Origin: Prasinococcaceae sp. CCMP 1430
Taxonomy: Eukaryota > Plantae > Prasinodermophyta
Assembly: GCA_013416795.1 (NCBI GenBank)
Contig: RQSC01000750.1
Span: 70,888 to 123,263 of the forward strand
Reading direction: 5' to 3'
Length of the DNA stretch: 52,376 nucleotides
Part shown: positions 41,812-51,197 of the stretch, in pieces
How positions within the stretch are numbered: position 1 is the first letter of the stretch
How the letters are laid out: the number at the start of each line of letters is the position of its first letter
Notes under the pieces: generated by a model
Seen by the model: the letters and a program-made list of their open reading frames with translations, nothing else
Told to the model about the DNA's origin: nothing
Database searches by the model: none
Program-made: the position numbers and the translations under genes

Positions 41812-44800
41812 ATGGCGGCGCGCGCCTCGGGGGGGAGTCCGGACTCGGACGACCTCGTCGTTGTCATCGGTGACGACGATAACAGCGGCGGCGAAGATGG
41901 TGGGGATGGGAGGGGCGGGGGAGGCACAGCAGACGCGCGCGGCGGGGCGGCAGTCGGCGCCAGCGGCGCCTGCATGCGGCGCGAACAGCCGCGGCGCTCG
42001 GCCATGCCCAGGCCCAAACGCGCGCGCATAGGCGACGCTGGACGCCAGGCTGGAGGCGACGATGCCGGAGCCGTGAGGGGTGCAGCTGGGGGCAGAAATG
42101 AGCGGCCAACGCAGGGGAGGCAACCTCGCCAAGCCGGAGCGCCCGCCCGGCGCAACAGGGGACACGGACGCCGGCGAGGCTCGATCGAAGAGGAAAGGAG
42201 CAGCGACGAAGCCGGCGAGGCGAGTACGTCGGAGTGCGAGAAAGAGCGCTCTGAGGAGGAGACCGAGATCACAGGCCGCACTCATGGCCGGGCCGTTCGT
42301 GGGGGTCGCAGCCAGCCGCGGCGCGCTGCGGCGCCGTCCACGCAGCGCATGCGCGGCGCAGCTGCCAGCGTAGACTCTCATACCGACGACGAATTCCTCG
42401 AAGGCGACGACGACAGCGAGGATGGCGAGACCGATGATGATGAGCTCGACCTTCCTGACGAGGTGGACAGGCTCGGTGCGTTGGAGCGCGTGGTGGCAAT
42501 GCGCGAGCTTTCAGCCGAGGGCGGCGACGGGCAGGGGAAACCGACTGGCCGAGTCGAGTATTTTGTGAAGGTGCGCGACAAGGGCTACCGACATTGCTTC
42601 TGGGCGCGCCAGGAGGACGTCGTCGCCGCTGGCAAGGTCTTCGAGGGCGTGAGCGCGCGACTGCGGTCGTTTCTGAAGAAACAGGAGGACAGCAGCGACA
42701 GCGACGACGACTTGCGCGCGAGCGCCGGGCGGGGGAAGAGCGACGAGGCCTCACCGGTGCCGGAGGAGTGGATGAAGATTGACCGCGTCGTAGCCTCATG
42801 GCACACGGACGGCATCGATTACCTCGTGAAATGGCAAGGACTCGGGTACGACGAGGCAACGTGGGAGGACGCTGCCGATCTGGACCAGCCTGGCGATGCA
42901 GAGGCGCTGGAGGCCTTCGAGTCGCTGCAAAGGCGCGCACACGCAAAGAGAAAGCGCGCACCGAAGCGCTCTGACGCCTTCCACCAGTTCGAAGAGCAGC
43001 CAAGCTTCCTTCCAAAGGACTTGCATCTGCATCCGTATCAGACGATCGGTGTCAACTGGCTGCGCTTTGCCCATCACCGTGGTCAGAACGGGATCCTGGC
43101 GGACGAGATGGGCCTCGGCAAGACCATTCAAACAGTGGTCTTCCTGGCGGCTCTCCAGGACGCCGGTGTACGCGGACCCCACCTGGTCGTGGCGCCGCTG
43201 TCGACGCTGCGCAACTGGGAGCGCGAGCTCGAACTGTGGGCCCCGCAGCTGCATTTCTGCATGTACACAGGAAACGCCCAGGCGCGGTCGACGGCGCGCG
43301 AATACGAGTGGTTCCACCGCAGGAAAGGCGATTACAGACGACGCGACGCTAGCAACCCCAAGATCGACGTCCTTCTGACGAGCTATGAGGTGGCCATGCA
43401 GGACGGCGCGCTCATTCGCAAGCTGCCTATTGACACGCTCATTGTGGACGAGGGCCATCGGCTGAAGAACGCGGAGTCGAAGCTGTACACGGTGCTCGAT
43501 AGCCTTTCTCTGAAGCGCCGATATCTTCTGTCGGGAACGCCGCTTCAAAACAACCTTGACGAGCTCTTCATGCTCATGCATTTCCTCGATCCCCGCAAGT
43601 TTGGCGACATCGATGAATTCAGCGAACAGTTTTCTGACCTGCGCGAGGACGACCAGGTCAAGAGGCTGCACGCGCTGTTGAAGCCGCACTTGCTGCGCCG
43701 CGTGAAAAAGGACGTGCTCAAGGAGCTACCACCGAAGAAGGAGCTCATTGTGCGCGTGGAGCTGTCAGCTGCGCAGAAGAGCATGTACCGCACCCTCCTC
43801 ACTCGCAACTACGACGCGTTGGTCGCTCGAGGTGCACGGATGCGTGGCGTGAACGTGCTGGCCGACCTGCGCCTGTGCTGTGCGCATCCCGATCTGCTGC
43901 TCGACGAGCCGCCGGAGCCTCTCGCCTCCCCACATGACGAGCAACAACGCCTGGTGGCGAGCAGCGGCAAGCTGCAACTGTTGGACCGCATGCTCTCGCG
44001 GCTGCACGCGGCGGGGCATCGTGTCATTATCTTCTCGCAGTTTGCTCGTGTGCTTGACATGCTCGAGGATTGGCTCGAGGGCCGCGTCGAGGCGCCGTCC
44101 GCCGTGGCGCCGCCCGGGGGGGAGGGCGCAGTCGGCAACGCCCCTCGCGCATACTACGAGCGCATCGACGGGTCTGTTGGAGGGCGCTCTCGCCAGGAGG
44201 CCATCGACCGCTTCAACCGGGGGGAGAGCAAGGTCAACACGTTCCTGCTGTCCACCCGCGCGGGCGGCCTAGGCATTAACCTCGCGACCGCGGATACTGT
44301 CATCATTTACGACTCGGACTGGAACCCGCACAACGATCTCCAGGCGCAGGCGCGCGCACACCGCATGGGACAGCAGAACGCCGTGATGATCTATCGGCTG
44401 GTGAGCCGAGCGACAGTGGAGGAGCGCATCGTGCAGAAAGCAAAGGGCAAGATGGTCTTGGAGCACCTGGTGGTGCGCAAGATGGGTGCCGACAGCGAGA
44501 GCGCTGGGCGCGGCAGTGAGCAGCGGCGTAAGGGGGGGGCATCGAAGAAGCTGCAGCAGGGCGGCAGGGAGTCGCCACCCGCGCGGCGGAGGACGAGGAG
44601 CTCGCGTGGCGCCGAGCAGGCCGCGGAGACAGCGAAGGAGCTACGCGATACCGACGAGCAGGAGCTAGAGCGGGTGAAGTCGGGGGCGCGCGTGGACGCA
44701 TCGAAGCTGGACCAGACAGAGCTGGACGACATCCTCCGCTACGGGGCTGAGGACCTTTTCGCCGATGATGACATGGATTGCGACGCGTCCGCTCAAACTG

Positions 44801-46560
44801 CGTCCAAGTGCATCGTGTGGGATGACGCGGCGCTCGAGCGCCTTCTGGACCGCTCGCAGGTGGTCGCTTCTGAGGAGGACCAAGAGGAGGAGGACTACTT
44901 GGCCTCGTTCAAGGTTGCGGACTTTGAGATGCGAAGCGGCGACGAAGACAACAAGGAGGGCTGGGACATGGGGGCAGGTGCGGCCGAGGCGGGCCCGAAG
45001 GTCAACAAAGCGGCATTCTGGCAGGGCCTGCTCGGCGACACCCATGCGCAGCTGGTGGAAGAACGGCGCAGGCAGGCCGAGCTCGAGGCGGAAGGGCGTG
45101 GCAAGGGCAAGCGAGTGCGCAAGGCGATCAATTACAGCGAGGCAATGCAGTACAGGGCCAACGACAAGCGTCGCGATCCTGATTTTGTCAGCGATTCGCC
45201 GGGTGGCACAGAGAGCGACGACTCTGACGGCGGAGACCAGCAGGAGGCACCGCCGCCTGACCCGAGTAAGGCGCCCGAGCTGCAAGGGCACAGGATCATG
45301 GGCTTGAACAAGGGCGAGCGCCGCGCATTTTACAAGGCTATCCTACAGCACGGCGTGCTTCCAATGAAAGCCGAAGCAATGGAGCGCGCCTTTGATCACC
45401 TCGTGGAGCGCACGTCTTTCACGCAGCAGGAGCTCGCGAGGTTCGGCCCGCCTTTCGTCCACATCGTGAATCGCCACCTCGCGCCCGAGCCGCTGTACGA
45501 CCAAGAATACCGTGAGGACAGCCCGGAGGACGAGACTGCCGAGGAGAGGGCCGAGCGCCTCGCGCGTGTTCACGACAAGGAAGTGGAACGCCTTGACAAG
45601 AAGCGCCTCGAGGGTGCCCTCGTGGATGAGCTTGGCGAGAAAAGGGCGCGCAAGGTGGCGACGCGAATCGAGCACTTCTTGCTCGTGCGGACCAAGTTGG
45701 AGCAGACACTGCCCGATGCGCCCTCCGTCGCCGACGCGCTCGCCGATGGGGCGCTGCCACCACTGAAGCTCCGCGCCAGGAATTGCATGTTGGCGTTGCG
45801 GTCTCTGAAATGGATGACGACATGGAGGGCTGAGCACGACACGGCTCTGCTGATTGGCCTGGACCGCCACGGCTGGGACGAGTGGAATCACATCCTCGCG
45901 GATGATGAGCTTGGCTTTCAAGCGGTGCTCGCCAACGAGCTTGGGGAGTCGGCCGACGGAGAAGGCGGCGAAACGAAGTACGCCGAGTTTCTGAAGAAAC
46001 GCGCTGGGCACCTGGTCGCCGCCCTTACCGACGAGCAGCGCTGCGAACAGACGAGGTCTGAAGCTCCGCCGGAGGAGGCGTTGACGCCGGCATCCGCGAT
46101 GGTGCACGACGATGGCGAAGAGGCGCAGGCTGCCTATCCAGAGCGGCCAGAGGAGCCAAGGCAGCCCGACGGTGGGCTTGGAGAAGCTCAGAATGGTGGT
46201 CCGGACCAGGCCGCGCAGGCGCCTGTGCAGGCAGCTATCGCACGCACTCAAGAGCAGATTACAGCTCTTCTTTTGCAGCAACAGCACGTGTTCGAACAGC
46301 AGGCCCACGCCATGCTGCAGCAGCCAGTTTACATGATGCAACAACCCATGCTTGCCTCCTGGGATCATATGGTGGCGACTGCGCGCATGCAGGAGCAGAT
46401 GCAGAGGGAAATGATGGCACGGACTCAACATGCGTTCCAGAATGCGCTGATGCCGCACGCGCGACAGAACCCAGGCCTCAGCCAGGAGCAGTTGATCCAG
46501 TATGCGGACAATATTCTTAAAGAGATGCAGCCGTGGGGCCAGCTACCGCAGCAGCACTGA
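41812..46560 (+). CDS. PKL: CHD3/PICKLE-type chromatin remodeller (double chromodomain, SNF2 ATPase, DUF1087/DUF1086, SANT/SLIDE-like tail), intronless
   Basis: EYFVKVRDKGYRHCFW; IDRVV...YLVKWQGLGYDEATWE; LHPYQTIGVNWL; ILADEMGLGKTIQ; IVDEGHRLKN; LSTRAGGLGINLATADTVIIYDSDWNPHNDLQAQARAHRMGQ; ELDDILRYGAEDLF; YLASFKVADF; GRGKGKRVRKAINY. Confidence 0.93.
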   Translation: MAARASGGSPDSDDLVVVIGDDDNSGGEDGGDGRGGGGTADARGGAAVGASGACMRREQPRRSAMPRPKRARIGDAGRQAGGDDAGAVRGAAGGRNERPTQGRQPRQAGAPARRNRGHGRRRGSIEEERSSDEAGEASTSECEKERSEEETEITGRTHGRAVRGGRSQPRRAAAPSTQRMRGAAASVDSHTDDEFLEGDDDSEDGETDDDELDLPDEVDRLGALERVVAMRELSAEGGDGQGKPTGRVEYFVKVRDKGYRHCFWARQEDVVAAGKVFEGVSARLRSFLKKQEDSSDSDDDLRASAGRGKSDEASPVPEEWMKIDRVVASWHTDGIDYLVKWQGLGYDEATWEDAADLDQPGDAEALEAFESLQRRAHAKRKRAPKRSDAFHQFEEQPSFLPKDLHLHPYQTIGVNWLRFAHHRGQNGILADEMGLGKTIQTVVFLAALQDAGVRGPHLVVAPLSTLRNWERELELWAPQLHFCMYTGNAQARSTAREYEWFHRRKGDYRRRDASNPKIDVLLTSYEVAMQDGALIRKLPIDTLIVDEGHRLKNAESKLYTVLDSLSLKRRYLLSGTPLQNNLDELFMLMHFLDPRKFGDIDEFSEQFSDLREDDQVKRLHALLKPHLLRRVKKDVLKELPPKKELIVRVELSAAQKSMYRTLLTRNYDALVARGARMRGVNVLADLRLCCAHPDLLLDEPPEPLASPHDEQQRLVASSGKLQLLDRMLSRLHAAGHRVIIFSQFARVLDMLEDWLEGRVEAPSAVAPPGGEGAVGNAPRAYYERIDGSVGGRSRQEAIDRFNRGESKVNTFLLSTRAGGLGINLATADTVIIYDSDWNPHNDLQAQARAHRMGQQNAVMIYRLVSRATVEERIVQKAKGKMVLEHLVVRKMGADSESAGRGSEQRRKGGASKKLQQGGRESPPARRRTRSSRGAEQAAETAKELRDTDEQELERVKSGARVDASKLDQTELDDILRYGAEDLFADDDMDCDASAQTASKCIVWDDAALERLLDRSQVVASEEDQEEEDYLASFKVADFEMRSGDEDNKEGWDMGAGAAEAGPKVNKAAFWQGLLGDTHAQLVEERRRQAELEAEGRGKGKRVRKAINYSEAMQYRANDKRRDPDFVSDSPGGTESDDSDGGDQQEAPPPDPSKAPELQGHRIMGLNKGERRAFYKAILQHGVLPMKAEAMERAFDHLVERTSFTQQELARFGPPFVHIVNRHLAPEPLYDQEYREDSPEDETAEERAERLARVHDKEVERLDKKRLEGALVDELGEKRARKVATRIEHFLLVRTKLEQTLPDAPSVADALADGALPPLKLRARNCMLALRSLKWMTTWRAEHDTALLIGLDRHGWDEWNHILADDELGFQAVLANELGESADGEGGETKYAEFLKKRAGHLVAALTDEQRCEQTRSEAPPEEALTPASAMVHDDGEEAQAAYPERPEEPRQPDGGLGEAQNGGPDQAAQAPVQAAIARTQEQITALLLQQQHVFEQQAHAMLQQPVYMMQQPMLASWDHMVATARMQEQMQREMMARTQHAFQNALMPHARQNPGLSQEQLIQYADNILKEMQPWGQLPQQH

Positions 46561-46774
46561 AGCCGCTGCGGCCTCGAGCCAGGCGCACGCTCACAGAAAC
46601 TATTTGTCTCACCTGCCCGTTTACAAGGCACGCATGCTTCACACGACACGGACTGCGATGAAGACGTGTGCGTGCTGACATTTTTAATGAACTTGAACGA
46701 TTACTCGACGGGGCCGGGCCGGGCCGGGCGCGCAGTGCCACACCCTTTCTCAGCGCCGGCGCGCGTCCTACTCT

Positions 46775-47410
46775 CTAGCACTGCTCGGCCAACACGGTGA
46801 ACTTCATCGCCGTGACCTCGTCGCCGTTTTGCCTTGTGACCTTGACGAAGTGCGGCACGGACTTGATGTCCACGGCGTTGTCCTTGAGGTACTGACGCGC
46901 GAAGGTGATGGCTAGCACGGCCTTGTTGACGCACTCGGCACCGATGCCCACGACGGAGCAGCGTTCGCCTTCGCGCACCTTGCCCGCGATCGCCCCCGCG
47001 ACGCTCGTGGGCGCCGAGCTGCTCGACACGGTCAGTTCCTTTTCTCCCGGCACCTCAGTGCAGTATTCTCCCGTGCGCTTGACCAGCGTGAGGCTGAGGC
47101 TGTTCTGTTCCTGATCGCGGAACGACGGCTGCAAGGCGATGTCGACACCGTCGTCTTGCAGGTAGCCGCGCGCGATAGCCGTCGCCTTGACCGCCTGGTT
47201 GATGCACGAGGCGCCGAGCCCGAGCAGCGCCGGGGGCTCGCCCGCACGTGTGACGTACGCGATGCTTCCCGCCACGTTCTTCGGGTTGCTGCCGCTGCTC
47301 ACCTTGAGCACACGCTTGTCCGCCGGAGCCGCGGCGATCGCGTCGAGATCACCGCCGGTGATGTGCGAGTGGCCGCCCTCATTTGTGTACGGGGACCAGC
47401 CGTCTTCCAT
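46775..47410 (-). CDS. spoVS: Tandem (double) SpoVS-domain protein
   Basis: Two copies of the SpoVS signature: LKVSSGSNPKNVAGSIA...LGASCINQAVKATAIARGYL...QPSF and LTVSSSSAPTSVAGAIAG...IGAECVNKAVLAITFARQYL...VPHF. TGTAA at 46621-46625 (minus). Confidence 0.88.
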   Translation of the reverse strand: MEDGWSPYTNEGGHSHITGGDLDAIAAAPADKRVLKVSSGSNPKNVAGSIAYVTRAGEPPALLGLGASCINQAVKATAIARGYLQDDGVDIALQPSFRDQEQNSLSLTLVKRTGEYCTEVPGEKELTVSSSSAPTSVAGAIAGKVREGERCSVVGIGAECVNKAVLAITFARQYLKDNAVDIKSVPHFVKVTRQNGDEVTAMKFTVLAEQC

Positions 47411-47567
47411 GGCGCCGTCGCCGGCGCCCGGCGCGCCGCGCTTGCATTCGCAGTAAAGGCCGAGCTTGAACACTTACGCGGCCGCCTGAAAGGCCATTTC
47501 CCAGACGAGCGTCTTGCCGGCGTGCTCCAGAGCTCGCGCGTCACATCGCGGCGGTGCTCTTCCAGTG

Positions 47568-48122
47568 NNNNNNNNNNNNNNNNNNNNNNNNNNNNNNNNN
47601 NNNNNNNNNNNNNNNNNNNNNNNNNNNNNNNNNNNNNNNNNNNNNNNNNNNNNNNNNNNNNNNNNNNNNNNNNNNNNNNNNNNNNNNNNNNNNNNNNNNN
47701 NNNNNNNNNNNNNNNNNNNNNNNNNNNNNNNNNNNNNNNNNNNNNNNNNNNNNNNNNNNNNNNNNNNNNNNNNNNNNNNNNNNNNNNNNNNNNNNNNNNN
47801 NNNNNNNNNNNNNNNNNNNNNNNNNNNNNNNNNNNNNNNNNNNNNNNNNNNNNNNNNNNNNNNNNNNNNNNNNNNNNNNNNNNNNNNNNNNNNNNNNNNN
47901 NNNNNNNNNNNNNNNNNNNNNNNNNNNNNNNNNNNNNNNNNNNNNNNNNNNNNNNNNNNNNNNNNNNNNNNNNNNNNNNNNNNNNNNNNNNNNNNNNNNN
48001 NNNNNNNNNNNNNNNNNNNNNNNNNNNNNNNNNNNNNNNNNNNNNNNNNNNNNNNNNNNNNNNNNNNNNNNNNNNNNNNNNNNNNNNNNNNNNNNNNNNN
48101 NNNNNNNNNNNNNNNNNNNNNN
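47568..48122. other. Assembly gap (N run)
   Basis: Run of N. Confidence 1.
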
Positions 48123-48149
48123 CGCCGGCGCGGGCGTACGCGCGGAGCC

Positions 48150-49871
48150 ATGGGCGGCAACGTGCGCGGCTCGGCCGCGGCGACGGCGGGCGCGCCGATG
48201 ATGAGCACGCGCGTGCAGTTTCGCTCGCGCCAGCTCGACGTCAACAAGAGCCTGCAGATCGTGCGCAAACTCGACGACCTCGACCCCGACGACGCCGGCG
48301 CGTCGCGCGGCGTGACGCACGGCCACGAGAACCTCGACGCCGAGAACGAGGAGGTGAAGACGGTCCAGGGAGCCGACAAAAAGGGTGCCAGCACCGCGTT
48401 CATCCCCATCCCCGATTCGATCGACGTCGCGACGTACAACCAGGACTACCCCGCCACGCACGTCACGCGACACGCGTACATCCGCACGCGCCGGCAGGAG
48501 TCGGACAACTACGTGGAGTACGACCTCGACGACGAGGACGAGCAGTGGCTGGAGGACTTCAACGGGGGCTTCAGCCTGCTCACAGAGGAGAAGTTCGAGG
48601 CGATGCTGAACGCGCTCGAGCTGGCGGCCGGCCGCGCGCAGGAGGCCTCGCTCACCGGCCTGCCCTCGAGCGCCGTGCTGGACCACTCCAAGGTGTACGT
48701 ATCGAAAGAGGCCGCCTTCGAGTCCATGCGCAGGCTGCAGGCCAGGCACGCGTCGTGCACGGCCGTGTACGAGTACTGGCTGTCCAAGCGGCGCAAGCTG
48801 GGCATGCCGCTGCTGCGCCAGTTCCAGCCGTCCGTGCCGCTCACCGACAATGACCCGTACAAGGTCTTCCGGCCGCGCGACAAGCCCACGCGGCCGCACA
48901 CGCGGCGCAAGCGCGAGAACGACCTTCCCAGCTACCAGCGGCTGTACACAGTGCGCCAGAACCTCGAGGCCGCGGCGCGGCTCTTCGCGATGGTGCACCG
49001 GCGCGAGCGCTGCAAACGGGAGGCCCTTGATGTGGCGGTCGAGCTGGCCAATGCGCGGCTGATGCGCGCGCACGGCGCCGACGCGGCCGCGAAGGCCGAC
49101 CGCGAGGCGGCGCGGCGGGAGGCGGAGCGCCAATACATGGCGGAGTTGCGCAAGCGGCAGGAGGGAGACTCGCAGCGGTATGCGGCCTCGGCGGCGCGCG
49201 CACAGCTGGGCCTTCCGTTCACGGTGGCGGGCAAGGAGCTGCTGCACCGCGCCGGGCGCGACGCCCTGATGGCGGCGCACGGGCGAACCGTGGACGGCGG
49301 GCAGGCCGCCGCCGCCGCCGTTGCCGCTGCGGCAGCGGCAGGCGTGGGCGGGGATGCGCCGGAGAGTGGCAAGCGCCCCCGGAAAAAGAGCAAGAGCGAC
49401 AAAGCCCGCCGCCCGCTGCGGGGCATGCCCTCGGGCGCGCAGCTGGCGCAGCTGCGCGCCTCGCTCGAGCCCACGATGGCCTTCTGCGCGCCGCCCCCGG
49501 CGAAGACCACGCTGGAGGCGTCGGGGGTGTGCAGCAGGCTGGCCGACTCCGTGCCGGAGGACCAGCTGGAGAACGCCATGGTTGTACCGCGCATCGGCCG
49601 GGGGGGCAGGGTGATCTTAGATAGATGCAACGTCGACGGCGAGCCGTGGACGGAGGAAAACCTCGGGAAGGCCATGAAAGACGCGGCCATCAATCTCGCG
49701 GCCTTCAGCAGCAAGGGGGGGGCAGCGACCGGCGGCGCCAGCAACGGCGGGGCGGCTGCCGAGAAAGCGAAGGCCAGGGCGGCCGATGGCGCGGCCAACG
49801 GTGGCAAGGGCAAGTCAGGCGACGTGGAGATGGCTGACGCCCCCGCGGCGAAGGCCGGCAGCGGCAAATAA
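48150..49871 (+). CDS. EPL1: Enhancer of Polycomb-like protein (NuA4 subunit EPC/EPL1)
   Basis: FRSRQLDVNKSL; FIPIP; EYDLDDEDEQWL; FEAMLNALE; VYEYWLSKRRKLGMPLL; DNDPYKVFRPR; RRKRENDLPSYQRL; RRERCKRE. Confidence 0.92.
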   Translation: MGGNVRGSAAATAGAPMMSTRVQFRSRQLDVNKSLQIVRKLDDLDPDDAGASRGVTHGHENLDAENEEVKTVQGADKKGASTAFIPIPDSIDVATYNQDYPATHVTRHAYIRTRRQESDNYVEYDLDDEDEQWLEDFNGGFSLLTEEKFEAMLNALELAAGRAQEASLTGLPSSAVLDHSKVYVSKEAAFESMRRLQARHASCTAVYEYWLSKRRKLGMPLLRQFQPSVPLTDNDPYKVFRPRDKPTRPHTRRKRENDLPSYQRLYTVRQNLEAAARLFAMVHRRERCKREALDVAVELANARLMRAHGADAAAKADREAARREAERQYMAELRKRQEGDSQRYAASAARAQLGLPFTVAGKELLHRAGRDALMAAHGRTVDGGQAAAAAVAAAAAAGVGGDAPESGKRPRKKSKSDKARRPLRGMPSGAQLAQLRASLEPTMAFCAPPPAKTTLEASGVCSRLADSVPEDQLENAMVVPRIGRGGRVILDRCNVDGEPWTEENLGKAMKDAAINLAAFSSKGGAATGGASNGGAAAEKAKARAADGAANGGKGKSGDVEMADAPAAKAGSGK

Positions 49872-50018
49872 TTAAAATCGAGCATGCGCGCGCACGTGCG
49901 CGTGTGGTTGTCACGACTCGCCCTTGTCAAGAATGCGCGCTCGACGCGCGCGTACGTACGCCGGGTGCGCTTGCGCGACCCGGGCGTGCGTCCACGGGCG
50001 TGTGCGCGTGCTCCTCAC

Positions 50019-50699
50019 TCACTGCATCCCCTGGATCTTGGCGAGCATCTTGTCCATCTGGTGCTTCATGACCGGCTGTCCCCTCCTCGTCCGCTTGTGA
50101 AATGCTTTGCTGTCGTCGCGCCGCCGCTTGAGTGCGGCCTCGCGCTTTTGCTCGCGCTCGCGCCTTGCCTCTTTCGCGGCGCGTATCTCCTTTGCACGCG
50201 CCTCGCGCGCCTCGTCGCGCTCCTCCACCATGCGCTGCATGAACGACTTGCGGGCGCCTCCTCTGCCACCGCTCCTGCCGCCGCGCACGTCTTCCCACTC
50301 GCCGCCGGCGCCACCTCCACCTCCAGCACCGCCACGTGCGTCGGCGCCCTGCTGGCTGCCTGGAGCGCCGCCGTCGCTACGTTCTCCGCCCGCGCCACCG
50401 CTTTCCTCGTCCTCCTCGCGCGCCTCCTCCGACTGCTTGTGCTTCCTCCTCTTCTGCTTGGGCAAGGGCATCATGTCCTCGTTGTCCCCGTACCGCCGCA
50501 GCAGAGCGAGCATGGGGTTGTCCACCCCCGCCCCCGAGCGCTCCTCGCGGCGCTGCTTCTTGAACTTCGCCACAGCCTTGGACATCTTGCGAACCTCGCC
50601 GCCGGCCACGCCGCCCCTGCCGCCCGCCACGCGCCCGCGCGACGCCATCGCATCCAGGCTCACGCCGACAGCGCCCCGGCCGCCCGGCTTGCCGCCCAT
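50019..50699 (-). CDS. rRNA-processing domain protein (CCDC59/TAP26/Fyv7-like)
   Basis: K/R/E-rich coiled coil ending in HKRTRRGQPVMKHQMDKMLAKI, matching the family's KxTxxGQPxM...LLxKI terminus. Confidence 0.8.
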   Translation of the reverse strand: MGGKPGGRGAVGVSLDAMASRGRVAGGRGGVAGGEVRKMSKAVAKFKKQRREERSGAGVDNPMLALLRRYGDNEDMMPLPKQKRRKHKQSEEAREEDEESGGAGGERSDGGAPGSQQGADARGGAGGGGGAGGEWEDVRGGRSGGRGGARKSFMQRMVEERDEAREARAKEIRAAKEARREREQKREAALKRRRDDSKAFHKRTRRGQPVMKHQMDKMLAKIQGMQ

Positions 50700-51197
50700 G
50701 GCCGCTCGGCGGCGCTCCGACCCAACCCCGACCCCAACCCCGCTCCCGAGCCCTCCTTCTCCGCGCTTTGCCGCCCCCCCTCCCCCAGTCCTTTCCACCG
50801 CCTTCACTCCCCGCGCCTCCTACGCAGCCCGTTGTGGCCCTGCGCTCTCAGCAGCTTCCCTCTCGCGTGCGGTGTGGCGCGCGCGCCCGCTCGCGCGGCA
50901 GCAGCCGCCACAGCGGCCGCCGCGTGGTGACGACGACGAGGCCAAACAATACAATTCCGTCGTTCACATAAAATAGTGCATTTACAATGTAAAATGCGCC
51001 AAACATCCCCGGTGAAATCCCCGTTTGGTTTGGCGCTGATTCGAACGTACAACAAAAAAGTCGGTGACTACGCACAGAGTACAGTACAATCTACCAGGTG
51101 AGGAGTGGCGGCCCCCGCACGGCGAGACGGGCGTCCCCGCCGCCCTGGCCGCCTGCGCGTGCGCGCGCTCGGCCCATGCCGCCGGCCGGCGCGCGCC

